Source: the human T2T-CHM13v2.0 reference genome, Homo sapiens. Taken from it: a DNA stretch of 64,000 nucleotides. The stretch is from assembly GCF_009914755.1 (NCBI RefSeq), contig NC_060929.1; one strand, given 5' to 3'. The position numbers and the translations under genes were made by a program. Position 1 is the stretch's first letter, and each line of letters opens with the position of its first letter. Under the pieces are notes generated by a model. That model was given only the letters and a program-made list of their open reading frames with translations. It was not told where the DNA came from and searched no databases. Below are positions 1 to 13,179 of this stretch, piece by piece.

Positions 1-694
1 TTTTATAGTTTCCTTTAGTCTGGATTTTGCCGATTATATTGCCATACTGTATTATGTTTTACTTCTTTATATTATTTAAATTGGCATTTGGATCTAGAGG
101 CTTGATCAGATCCAGGTTCAAGTTTTTTTTGGTCTTGTTTTATTTTGTCAGGGCTGCCTCTCTCATGACACACATGGTGTCTGGTTGTCACTCTTTATGG
201 CATGTTGGCAGACATTGATGGTTTGTCTTAGATAGTTTTACTAGTTCACCCAGACTTAAACTGCATAAGGAGGTGCTAGATCTTATATTTCCATACAGCT
301 TATAGCAATAAGAATATTTAGCTTGATAATAGCTTTCAAATCACATGTACTTTTTAAACTAACTTATTCTTCCTCATTTATAACAGAAACTGTAGATTTT
401 GAGCAATCTGAATTGGTCCCCACCTCAGTGATTTCTTGCCCTGAAATTATGAGTTGTGTTTCTCCTGTTTCATTTTGCAGGTCTTTCCTCTTTCAGGTAG
501 CCAGAGCATGGAGTGTGATTTGAAGCTAATTAACTAAAAAGGTGTAATTTTTCTTCGGTGTTCATCATTTCATTAACCTGTTGATATCTGAGAAGCGGTT
601 TGGTTCCTTAGTAATACCTGAGGCTACTTTGATAATCTCTAATAATTTTGTACATTGGAGTTGTCATTATAATTTTTTTTTCTTTTTCCCTTAG

Positions 695-752
695 AACATT
701 CCTGATGTAGATGAAGAAGGCTACAGTATTAAACCAGAAACGAATCAGAATG
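695..752 (+). CDS. FCHO2: FCHO2 coding exon (approx. exon 12): NIPDVDEEGYSIKPETNQN, start of the AP-2-binding linker
   Basis: Polypyrimidine tract + TAG acceptor at 692-694; DVDEEGYSIKP is the FCHO/SGIP1 linker motif; followed by U12 donor ATATCCTTT. Confidence 0.96.
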
Positions 753-829
753 ATATCCTTTCATCATCTAGTATTCTTAAGGATTATGTTGGCATATAAG
801 TAGGCAGTTATAAGAAAATCATGTATTAA

Positions 830-1215
<386 letters not shown>

Positions 1216-1280
1216 TTGACATATTTTTATTAATAAAAGTTAGTAGTCTTATTTCTGTTAAGGTCTGTTTTTCTCTTTGG

Positions 1281-1568
<288 letters not shown>

Positions 1569-1677
1569 CAAAGTCTGTGTAACTCTTAAAGGTTTCATTC
1601 CTTTTTTAAAATAAATGTGTGAAAAACTGGTTATACGTCTAAGGTAATTTAAAAACAATTCTTTAACTGAAACTCAC

Positions 1678-1853
1678 ATACCAAAGAGAACCATTTCTAC
1701 TCATCTAGTGATTCTGACTCCGAAGATGAAGAACCAAAGAAGTATCGGATAGAAATTAAGCCTATGCATCCAAATAACTCACATCACACAATGGCTTCTT
1801 TGGATGAATTAAAAGTATCTATAGGGAATATAACACTCTCCCCAGCAATATCT
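1678..1853 (+). CDS. FCHO2: FCHO2 coding exon (approx. exon 13): (D)[28 protein letters not shown]...[10 protein letters not shown]
   Basis: 176 nt open frame, acidic Ser block, GTAAGT donor at 1854. Confidence 0.96.
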
Positions 1854-2758
1854 GTAAGTACAAACACGTTTGTACTCTTTATATAAAAGTCTTTATTTTT
1901 CTTACCTACCTGTGTCTGGTCAAACATTACTTAGCAATTGTTAAGCATGTTGACTGAGGAAATACTTAGTTTATAATTTTTATACAGGGAAATAAACTTG
2001 TGAATTTGGCTTAATTTTGCTTTTGAAAGTAGAAAGTGAAAATGTCAAAAATTTACTATTTCTGCCATTTGTTGCATTTCATAAACAGTGCTGTGTGTCT
2101 CTGGCAGAATTCTTTGAATTGGCAGTATTAATTTTTGCCTCATCTAATTTTGAAGTGTTTCTTCTATGTTTTGTGAGCCTTATGTAGGAGGGAATTTTAT
2201 AAAAATGAATTTAAAGATTAAATTATATATTTGCATTTTTTTTAGTCTGTCACTGTAACATTTATTTTCCCATACTTTTCATACAAGGAAAGGCACAGAT
2301 AAGAGTTCTTAGTGGTAATAGTTAATTCCTCAATTCTAAAATACCGTATTTAATAGGATTTGAGGGAGAAATAAAACATTATCCCAGTAAATTTTTTCCT
2401 CATTGATGTCAATTTTAAACTTAAAAATGTTACACTATGTGAAAAAAGCAATTCTTAGGATAAGTTAAGTATATCTATATGTGATCATCATGATTGACAT
2501 TAAGTCTGTTCTTCTTGATAATGAAGAATAAAGGTTCTCACCGTTTCATATTGTTGTCTAATTACATATTTTATGTAGTTACATGTATTTGTTTGGAAAA
2601 AAAGGTGGTTTTCTCCCAGTCATGTACTTCAGAATTTAGTTTCAGAACTATTTTCTTCCTACCAAAAATATTTCTGAAATGAGGTTTTATTGTACCATTA
2701 CTATTTAATGTTAAGATTAATGTTGAAGTACAGAGTTGCTTAAAAGTTGGTGAATATA

Positions 2759-3057
2759 GGGCCGGGCATGGTGGCTCACGCCAGTAATCCCAGCACTTTG
2801 GGAGGCCGAGGCGGGTGGATCACAAGGTCAGGAGATGGAGACCATCCTGGCTAACACAGTGAAACCCCGTCTCTTGAAAAAATACAAAAAATTAGCCGGT
2901 CGTGGTGGCATGCGCCTTTGGTCCTAGCTACTCAGGAGGCTGAGGCAGGAGAATTGCTTGAAAACCATGAGGCGGAGGTTGAAGTGAGCCGAGATCGCAC
3001 CACTGCACTCCAGCCTGGGTGACAGAGCGAGACTTCGTCTCAAAAAAAAAAAAAAAG
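2759..3057 (+). mobile_element. Alu (AluSc/Y-like), sense
   Basis: GGCCGGGCATGGTGGCTCACGCC...poly(A). Confidence 0.95.
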
Positions 3058-3502
3058 GTGGTGAATATATACGAAGTATGAGGTTGTAAACCATTAAAAA
3101 TGTGTGTTATGTAAGAGCATAACTAATATAAAATATGTATGTTAAATATATAAAACAAAAGCCTAGAGGAATATATGGGTAGTGAGATTGTGAATAGTTT
3201 TAAATTTTCTCTTTTGTACTCTTCTCTTTTCAGTTTGTTTTTAAAACAATGAACATGTATTAATTTCATACTATGAAAATAATAATCAGAACAATTTTAT
3301 AGTTAATATTGGATAAGAAAAGATTATATCTGAATATATTTTGCTGCCTCATTTGCTTAACTTTTTCCCACCTGACAGTGTATGTGTTTTAAGGTGTATA
3401 TAGTTTAGATATGATTGAATAGGGAATGATAAATTATTACAGCACAAAAATACAGTATTCAGAATTCTAACCTAATTTTCTTTTTCTTCCATGTACTACT
3501 AG

Positions 3503-3514
3503 AGACACAGTCCA
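3503..3514 (+). CDS. FCHO2: FCHO2 12-nt microexon RHSP
   Basis: TAG|AGACACAGTCCA|GTAAGT, phase 0-0; matches recalled FCHO2 ...PAIS-RHSP-VQMNR... Confidence 0.92.
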
Positions 3515-3867
3515 GTAAGTACAAGATTTTATATTTTTGCCCATTGACTTTTAAAATCATTGTAATTTTGGAAGATTGACTTTCAAAATATTTGTATTAA
3601 ATTTTTAGATTAGCAAGTTTTAGTGTTTTGTTGTAGATGTTGCTTTAATATTTTAAAAACATTAGGTGTTAAAACTACATGTATTATTTTTTGCTGTAAA
3701 ACAAAAACTACTGTTTTTTCTCTATATCTTTTATGTAAATACACTTTACAATTGAGCAGATATACTAAAAACAACATAAAATTAGGTTCCCAGTATTAAC
3801 ATTTTTCCAAATATTTAATTATCAAATTCATTTGTTTTATGGTACCTATTTTGCATCTCTGTTTTAG

Positions 3868-3892
3868 GTACAGATGAATCGGAATTTGTCTA
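3868..3892 (+). CDS. FCHO2: FCHO2 25-nt microexon VQMNRNLS
   Basis: TTTTAG acceptor, GTAAGT donor, frame continuous. Confidence 0.93.
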
Positions 3893-5407
3893 GTAAGTTT
3901 GACATTTGAATTGTTTATTTTATGTCTATTAAAATTTATAAGGCAATTTGTTAGTCTTTTACCTTTAGCTGTAGAAATAAATGATCTTTTCTCATCATGA
4001 GCCCTACTGCGTGGCTAGAAGGATAATTATTTTAAATAGAAAACAGCGTATCTATATTATTTCCTGTAGAGCTGAGAGACATGCTTTAAACTTCAATACA
4101 TGGCTACAACATTTTTCAGAAATCACCAAAGCCAAAAAGTAACTTCTGATTCAGAATGTTAAACGGTTTCACTGGCATTCTCTGTCTTATTAACCAGAAA
4201 GCGTTTATAAGATGAGTAATATTGAATTTTACCTATTTTTAAGTTGTGTCACAATTACAAATTCTATTATAATTTAATTATACTAAAAATTATACTAAAA
4301 ACTTTTCTAAGGTGCTAATACCTTTTGCAGAATCATGCATTAAAAATAACAAGGGTTGTGGGAAAAACAGTTGAAGCAGCCCACTCAAAAGCTATGTAAT
4401 TTTGTTAACAGAAGACTTAACAGAAACTTTAACATCAGTTTTATTAAAAATTCTAACAGAGTTTAAGAGACCTAGTAAATGAATAATAAATACCAAAATA
4501 AAAGTAAGGATTTTATCTTTAAAGAAATGTTGATTGTAGCTTAATGATAGGGGGTGTGAGGAAAATGAGGATAAATGGAGGGTGCTGAGTTGTGGAGATG
4601 AGAGCAAAATGCAGAAATATTGAAGAATAGCACAATAAACACTGAGGCAAAACAACCAACCAAACTGAGCCAAGTGAAGAATGTAGAGTGAATGGGTATC
4701 ATGTACTGTGATACTCCTCCATAGTTTGTGGAAGTTACTCATATTGATGTACTTTGCATTCATCAGGTATTGCTTGGTGATGCAAAGAAAACATGAAGGT
4801 GCAGCAAAAATTGCTTATGCACCAACATGAGTTTTTCATTAATGATGCTATTCCCCTGTTTACCACTTGCTTGTGAAATGAGGCACATTACAAATCCAAA
4901 AGGTAGCAAAACAAACTATCTTATAAAGAGACTTGCTCCAGGTTGCTGTAAGATTCTTAATTTTTCAAAATATGACATCCTCAAGAGTTAATAACTACTT
5001 TTTGTCAATACAATAATCACTAATAATATTCTTAGAACTTGAAAAATGCATTCATGATTCATCAGTTAAAATTCTTAACTAGAATTTATGTATTTAAACA
5101 TTTTTCTAATTTTTAAAGTTGCAACCCATAGTTTCTCTTTTCTAAACAACAATTTTAATGAATATCATAGTTTAATTGACTTAAGTCATTTCTTACTAAA
5201 GATATTAGAAGGAACCAGGGTTTAGTAATTTCAGTTATTTTAATGTACACAATAGAAAACTTGTTAAAATATTGTTTGTATTTACATTATCAATTCCAAA
5301 ATTTTTAATTGTTATAGTGTTGAGATATGTGTATAGAGTTTCTGTTTTTCATTAAAATATTTTATTTCTCAGATTATGAAGTTTTCATATTTTAATTTTT
5401 TAATTAG

Positions 5408-5450
5408 ATGAGGAGTTAACGAAATCAAAGCCATCTGCTCCACCCAATGA
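5408..5450 (+). CDS. FCHO2: FCHO2 coding exon (N)EELTKSKPSAPPN
   Basis: TAG acceptor, GTAAGT donor, phases 1-2 fit the neighbouring exons. Confidence 0.94.
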
Positions 5451-5484
5451 GTAAGTTTCCATGTTTAATTTTGTTAAAAAATAG

Positions 5485-5795
5485 ACTTTATTTTTTAGAG
5501 CAGTGTTTGATTTATGGCAAAATTGAATGGAAAGCACAGAGATTTCCCTTTATGCTCCCTGCCCCTTCATATGCCCAGTCTCTCTCACAGTCAAATTCTC
5601 TCACCAGAGTGGTACATTTGTTAGAATCAGTGAACCTGCATTGACACATCATAATCACCTAAAGTCCACAGTTTACATTAGGGTTCATTCTTGGTGTTGG
5701 ACAAATGTGTAAGGACATGTATTCGTCATTATAGTATCATACAGAGTATTTTTGCTGCCCTGAAAATCTTCTGTGCTCCACCTTCTCATCCCTTC
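5485..5795 (-). mobile_element. Old L1 (L1MB/L1MC-like) 3' end fragment
   Basis: TTTTAGAGCAG...CAAAATTGA...AAAGTCCACAGTTTACATTAGGGTTCA resembles L1M 3'UTR. Confidence 0.65.
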
Positions 5796-6316
5796 TTCCA
5801 CACACTTACATTTTAAGTATCCTTTTGTCCTTTTTTCTAGAGTTTTATTAGCTCTATAGTTTTAATTCCAGTAAAGTTCTGTTAATCATCCTGTTTTCTG
5901 AGCTGTCAAATGCAATGTTGGAGTTTTTAGAAGTTTAAAATTATTTCTCGCTTGGTAATATGTCCTTTTACAATAAAAAAAATCTATTTAACCACAGTTG
6001 GCCTTGGTAGCCTCACTACTTCTAAATAAATGATGAAACCCTAAATTCATACATATCTGTATTTCAGCTGGTTATTCTCATGGGAATTTTCTCATTTCTT
6101 CCTTCAGTTTTGACTGTGACGTTATAAAATAATATACTTCGTAAGCTTCAAAAAAAGAAGTGTGTCAAGTTGGAAAGGGAGAGAGAGGCTAGAAGGCATG
6201 TTGCCAGCTCTTCTTAAAAAAAAAAATGTTAAGCCAATGTTTCATGGGTCTCTTTTTACTTCTGTGTCTATCAGTTAAGAATATTCTCTTTGAGTTAATG
6301 GTTTTTTGCTTGTCTG

Positions 6317-6569
6317 TTTTGAGACAGGGTCTTACTCTGTCTCTCAGGCTGGAGTGCAGTGGCGTGATCATGGCTCTCTGCAGCCTCAACGTCCCAGGCT
6401 CAAATGATCCTCCCGCCCCTGTCTCCCAGCTAATTTTTTTCAAAATTTTTTTTTTTTTGGTAGATACTGGGTCTTGCTATATTTCCCAGGCTGGTCTCGA
6501 ACTCCTGGACTCAGACTCCTGAGCCTCTCAAAGTACTGTGATTACAGGCATGAGCCATCAAGCCTGGCC
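6317..6569 (-). mobile_element. AluJ-like, antisense
   Basis: Diverged Alu reverse complement. Confidence 0.9.
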
Positions 6570-7361
6570 AGAGTTAATGTAAAATACAAGTAAAAGTAGG
6601 CTTAGTTAAATAGGTAGTTTACAATTATTTGATACTTTTGAGGTACTAATTGAGCATAGTGGTGGTATTTATTGGATGTATCATTTTTTTAAAGATAAGT
6701 TGTTGAGTGTTTTAAAACTGTTTTTAGGAGTCATACAGTTGCAATGCTAGGCTTTATCATACGAGGTATAGTGTGCTTTCATGTAGGTGCATGTTGAGAT
6801 GCTGGATATGTACTCTTATGTAATTACAGCACTTTCATTATAGAGGGCCTGTTTTTTTGTGTGTGTAAGATTTCCTAAAATTTTTTAAAATAATGGCAGT
6901 TTGATGCATTAAAATATGTAAGCCACCTTTCTGTACTTAAGGGCTTAAAAAAATCACTTTACCCTTTTTCTTCATCTTTGAAAATAAGTATGGCCTTATA
7001 AAATTTTAACCCAATTTTATACCACTTAAATTTTCTTTTCAGGATTGGGTGCTATGTGTGAACCAGCAGATGTGAGCCTGTTTTAGAATCAAGTAGCTGT
7101 ATGTCTTTGGGCAGTTCATTTAGACGTGTGCTGCTCTTTTTTATTTGTAAAGCTGAAATTATTATTCCCATTATGATAGCCCCCAAGGTGGTTGAATCTA
7201 ACAAGGCATGATGAATGGGAATTAATCTTCCCCATTCTCCTCTGCTAACTTCACATGTTATCTTAGGTTACGCTTCTAACAAATATTGGCTGTTAAATCT
7301 GTTAATTAATTTCTACACATATACTACTGATAGAGTATCCAACTTTTAAATTAAAAAAAAT

Positions 7362-7654
7362 TATTTTTTTTACGGACGGGGTCTTGCTCTGTTACCCAGG
7401 CTGGAGTACAGTGGTGCAATCATAGCTCACTGCAGCACAGAACTCCTGGGCTCAAGTGATCTTCCTTAGCCTCCTGGATAGCTAGGACTACAGGCATGCA
7501 CCACCAAGCCAGGCTAATTTAAAAAAATTTTTTTGTGTATATTGGGTCTTGCTATGTTGCCTAGGCTTGATCTTGAACTCCTAGTCTCAAGTGATCCTCC
7601 TGCCTGAGCCTCCAGAAGTGTTGGGATTACAGGTGTGAGCCATGGTGCCTGGCC
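7362..7654 (-). mobile_element. AluJ-like, antisense
   Basis: GGGTCTTGCTCTGTTACCCAGGCTGGAG...GGGATTACAGGTGTGAGCC. Confidence 0.9.
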
Positions 7655-7776
7655 CTAACTTTTTAATTATGTATATTGAGCTGTTAGAATTCTATGAAAT
7701 AAAAATAAGTGACTAGAAATTTTATACTAATAAAATATTCTCGTTAAAATTTTTGCTTTTAAAAATATTATGGTAG

Positions 7777-7868
7777 AAAAGGAACCAGTGATTTACTTGC
7801 TTGGGACCCCCTATTTGGACCATCTCTTGATTCATCTTCTTCATCTTCACTAACTTCATCATCATCAG
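7777..7868 (+). CDS. FCHO2: FCHO2 coding exon (E)KGTSDLLAWDPLFGPSLDSSSSSSLTSSSS (linker C-block)
   Basis: TAG acceptor, CAG|GTAAAT donor, 92 nt, phase 2-1. Confidence 0.95.
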
Positions 7869-8679
7869 GTAAATATATATATGTATATATGTATTTTTTT
7901 AAATAAAGAATACTTTAGTTGCTTTTTCTCATTCACTTTTTGTGCATTGTACTTAATGATCAAAATTTCTAAAAATTTGTCCTCTGTATTGCCAAATAAA
8001 AGTGATTTTATTCTGGTTTTGTTCTCTTAGATACTCTATGACTTAAACAATAAAAATTGGTAAAATACTAAGTGGTTTTTTAAATTGGCATGTTATTTCT
8101 AGGCATTTCATATCATTATCCAAATAATAATTCTTAGTGTTTATAGATAATTCAAATACAAAATATATATCAATGTAACCAGTTCTTTCTTGTTGGAAGT
8201 TTAAGTTGCATCTAATTTTCTAGTATTATGAACATCCATAGAAATAACAAATTTTGTGCATATGTCTCATAATATGCTTGTAATAATTTATCAATTTAAA
8301 ATTTATGGCTTACAAGATGATGTCCATGATACTTATTGCCAAACTGCTTTCTAGAAAGGCTTTAACACTTCCCAAGCAGTTTACAAAAGAAGTTGATAAA
8401 TGTTTTTTAGTTGTTTTGGCAATAATATATGAAGTTTCTCTTTTCATTAGTCAAAAAGCAGGCACCAAAAATGTATGTTTAATAAAACCACTGCTTGTTC
8501 AAAACAAGAAAATAAAATCAATTTTAGTTGATCTTCTACCCTCTTCTCTGGGACTTCAGAATTGCCATCCAGTATTTGGGGTTAAGGAAGCGCTGGAATC
8601 ATGCGGGAAGAACTTAAATCTGTCTAGTTCATGCTAGGTAACTTTGTTAGGAGTGCCACACATTCTATTTAATTTCACC

Positions 8680-8850
8680 ACATTAACAGCAGCATGAAGT
8701 TGTTTTTATTGTCCCTGTTTTATAGATGAAAAAAGTAAAGCTCAGAGATAATAAGTAACTTCTCCAAGATTATATAGCTAGTAAATGATGAAGACAGGTT
8801 TCAAACCTGGCTCTTACTTATTCTAAAGCCATTGTTCTATCTGTCACACT
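8680..8850. mobile_element. MIR SINE
   Basis: TTTTATAGATGAAAAAAGTAAAGCTCAGAGA...AAGTAACTT MIR core. Confidence 0.75.
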
Positions 8851-10828
8851 TTGGCAGATTAACAGCAACAACAAAAAAGCCATGTTGAAATATCTTACTA
8901 TTAAAAATTAAATATTAAAATTAGACCGTTTAGCAACAAAATATTTTTAAAAGATACTATAAGTGGATTATAAGAAACCTTAACCCTAAACACTAAACGC
9001 TATTTGACCTTTTGAAGGGAAGGTAATCTGTACTTAATACTTGTAAAACAGCAAGAAACAGTCAATAGATAGTTGAACATAATCTGAAGTGGCTTTATAG
9101 CCTTTCTCATTGAGCATTTGTTACTATTTAGTATTATAAAATTAACCATATATATATTATATGAAGAAAGTAATTGTACAGGAAAATCTGATGTTGTTGC
9201 CAGATCTCTCTTTTGTTTAGTAAAAATGTCAGAATGGCATTTTGTATTTAGAATGAGGAGTTCTCAGCAGTATTTTCGAATTTTGTTAATATCCCCTTAT
9301 GAATTATTAAAGTCTTTAATAAAAGTTTTCAAATTGGTATCACAGAGGTTTTATTTATATAGAAATTTCTTTATAATTCTGCTCATTGTTTCTTGATATT
9401 TTCTCTAGTACAGTCTCTTTCATTTTATAAAAGTACTCTTTCTTCCTTTTGCTCCCTGTCTAAAGAGTGTTTGGCTCATATCACCATCACTTCAGGTAAA
9501 AAATGGTTCGTTTTCATTTAGTGGTCATTGATGTTTGGCCATTAGGAAATGATACAATATTTATTAACTTCTTGCTGGTTTTAAAATTCACTTCAGTATG
9601 CATTTTTAAATCTTCCTATATAGTATGAAAAGTAATGTTATAAATTTTGCCTTTCAAAAAAAAAGTTAATGATGCTCAAAAGAGATAGTTTTCTTGTTAT
9701 ATAGTAGTTACTATTAAGTCTTCACTTGAACAGAATATAATTGATCAAACTAATTAATTCATAATTGCGATTCTCCTGTTTTACAGAACTGGCCCTAAGT
9801 GAAGTTACGAAATAGGCATTTTATCTTAAATTTTTATTTCACTTATTTTTATTGTTTTCTTGGTACTCGCTAGTTACAACCAGTCTTAAACTTTGTCCCC
9901 CATTCTTTGCAATGCACTTCTCTCCCATCTTAACATCCTCTACCCAGGTACCCATTTTAACATTTTAGCAAGGTCCAGGTTGTGAGATCATTCAGTGCTC
10001 TCCTGTGTGTCTTTCATAATCTTAATTCATCACTGACCTCATCTTAAAGCAGGCTAAAAAATAATTTCAATCAATCAGTTAATAACTGATAGTTAAGAAT
10101 CCCAGTGTTGTTACATGTTTTAAAATGTTGATTAGGGCTTGGCTGAAAAGTAGTTTCAGTTGCATCTTATACCATGTAGACTATAAATAAGCATTCATGT
10201 TTATGTCAGATATGAATATATATAAACATCGATATGTGTATTTTTAAAAATTTAACATAAATATCTTACGCCTACCTCCCCTTTGTTAAGTGCCAATGTA
10301 GATTACTTTCTCTGCCTATGAATTAATTGAACTCTTGTGCTCACAAAAAAAAAAAAAAACCGCTTAAAATGATTTTTTGAAAAATATTGGGCTGTTTTTA
10401 AATATTAACTCGAACACTGATGTAGTCCGATGTACTTCCTGGGGGCAGTTTTATCACTGGACAATGATGAACTTTGTTGAGTACCACACATACACAGCAT
10501 TGTTGCTTTGCCACCTTGTCGAATCTTTTTAGATCTTGTACTGACTATAAATAGTTACCTTTGCTCCTCTGGGAAAACAGGAATAACTCTGACTTTATAT
10601 AATTTTGGACCTTCAGTTTTTCATATGCATTTTAAGTTTCTAATGTACATACTTCTTCAGTTAATATAGTTTGAACTTATGCTCTTCTTCCGTGTATTGT
10701 TATTAAATTTTCTAGTTTCAAATAATTAAAACAAGGTAACTATTTGGTTATATGGATTTATGTTTAATTCTAGAATTTTCCTTTTGCTTGTAGTTTTTTA
10801 TTTTCTTCTTCTTCATCTGAACTTGTAG

Positions 10829-11320
10829 AGCAGAGTAGGAACTTCAGTTCCTTTCTCACTGATTTGCCTGGGTGTGTGATAATTGAAAATTTACTTGAAA
10901 CCCAGTCAGATTCTGAGTCTAGAAAGTCCATCACCAGACTTGTCCCCCAAATCTCTACTTTATTCTGCTGTAACAGCACCACTCGAGAGCACAGATAAAG
11001 TTCCTTTTGCTTCATGGCTACAAAGTCAGTGGATTTTCTTTACTGATGAACTTGTTACAATTAATAGCTCCAGTGTTGCTCAGAAGGCATTCCAGAGATT
11101 GCATTGTAAAGCTGAAAATACTTTTAGGTTTCCTAATGCTTTGGATGGGATTTCTTCCGACAGCTGCATCTCTGAGGATCACAGTGACCTTTGCCTAATA
11201 TTAGATGTTTTGAAAATGTACCTGCAGAAGCAGCTAACAGTGCTGCTGCTACTTCTTCTACATCATCATTATTGCTTCTAGATTCTAGATTAGTTTCCAC
11301 TTTTGTTCAGATAAAGAATG
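10829..11320 (+). pseudogene. Frameshifted exon relic or poison-exon candidate, similar to the large SGIP1 cassette exon
   Basis: Pyrimidine tract 10794-10818 + TGTAG acceptor; ATG|GTATGA donor; 492 nt, phase 1-1; motifs VIIENL, PDLSPKS, WIFFTDE, AENTF across two frames. Confidence 0.7.
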
Positions 11321-13179
11321 GTATGACAAGCATGCTTTGTCTATTTGCTTTAGTTAATGTCTGAGGGCAGATATAGAGTAGCCCTTATCGCCTATGTTTT
11401 TTTATACTTCACAGGTCAATTTATATTTCTTGAAACACTGCTTCTAATAGAAATTTGTAGCACTGATCTCCACCCCACCACCAGCAAAAAATAAAACACA
11501 GGACACTGAAGAAAGTAAACAATTGCAGTTATCTCCTTCAGAAGCTTCTAGAAGCAGTGCCTAATTGACCTATGCAGATATAATATAGATTCATTTATAA
11601 ACAGTGGTGTTAATAAGTATTGTTACTAGCTTTTCTCGAAAAGCAAATTTTGAACTGAACTTAATACTTCTACCAGGCTTGGTTTGAGTCAATCTAAATG
11701 CCATTTGGACAGACCACTTGATCAGTAATAAATGCCTCTGCTGTGTAAACTCTCTCACAAGTTTAAAATAACATAGGCTAGTGCTAGTTTCATTGATGAT
11801 GAACATATCTTTAAAGTAGATATGTAATACACAGGGAAGTGTTATGGGCTTCAGATTTTGGTGCACATTTCTTCCAGGGTACAGCTTCAAGTGTGAGTGC
11901 AGCATGAAAGAACTGGTACTGACTGGAAAAAGACAGTGGCCTCAGAATCTAAGCTTGATTTACTAGCTTTTTTGTTTTCCTTAAGCAACCTGAACAGCGT
12001 TTGCATCTTTTATCTCTTATTATGGTATGCTTTCTAAGTGATTCCCTACGTCCCATGCATGTACAACTTTCAATCCGTGTGACTACCTTTTTCTTTAGGT
12101 CTCTTCCTACTACCTCTATGCACCTTCCTTTCATGCCTCCTTGATTCCTCCATTGATGATTAAAGGCCTTTAGCTTTGCAGTTTATTTCCCCGTGTGTAT
12201 ACTTAGGCCCACTTATATATTTTTAATTTTGTACATCTCTAAACTTTGAAAACATGCTGAATATGTTTCTTCCCACCCATTATATTTTTCAGTCTCTGAG
12301 TTATAGCCTGTATTTTAGTGTGAGCCAAAGGGCTTTGAAAATCATATAAGTTAATTTATTAATGATTATTAAACATGATTTTAAAGAGGGTTTAAACCTA
12401 TTTACTTCCATTTTTTTTACTCCTTCTTTGATTATGCTAATACATTTGTGACTTTTGATGATGTATACATGACATTTATCCAGTAATTTACATTGTGATG
12501 AGATTAAGAATACTGATATTTCTGATTTGTAAAATTAGCAAATGGCATTGAAAAACTCAACACTAAATTTATATAGGACTTAGGAACAAGTTAAGATATT
12601 ATTTTGAACACTTACCAAAGTTAATTGTAATGATTTGGGGAATTTTTTTTAGTAAACTAATAGAATATCTGATTATCTCAAATAATGTACCCCCCAAAAT
12701 GTTACAATTGTGGTTCAACTTAAAAGGCAAATTTAACAATTTTAATTAAGGTAAGTATTTTATTTAGAGTTTACAATATTATTCTGGAGGTACAGCTTCA
12801 AAGGCTTGGTCTCGAATTACTATCTGTAAAATAGATGTATTGGCAATAAACAAATGACCTTTGGCCTTAAATTGATTTGTTCTCATCAGCTAATGTATCA
12901 GATTTAATTTTTATATGTATAGATAATGAAACAGGAATAAAATTTATATGTGTCAGTTATTGAAAGGTTAACTTTTTTTCAGGAATATTACTGGTCACTT
13001 CAAAATAAAGCATATTTGATAGATTCCCAATATTTCAACATCTATAATTACATCTAAAAAAAGAGCCTCCTGAAAAATGAGCTTTGATTACCAAAAGTTT
13101 CTTTATAATAGAATGTCTTTATGTAAGGATTGCTACATACTAATGATTTTCTTCAAATTCTCTTTTCCCCCTCAACCAG

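Noticed and set aside
2246-2254. Possible 9-nt microexon TCTGTCACT after TTGCATTTTTTTTAG
   Set aside because: Donor ACT|GTAACA is very weak and there is no paralog support
4277-4301. 12-bp tandem repeat ATTATACTAAAA x2
   Set aside because: Ordinary slippage in AT-rich intron
4392-4763. 123-aa minus-strand ORF
   Set aside because: Low-complexity translation antisense to an intron, with no recognisable domain
10883-11281. 132-aa ORF as an independent gene
   Set aside because: TTG start and no promoter evidence; better explained as the middle frame of the frameshifted exon relic
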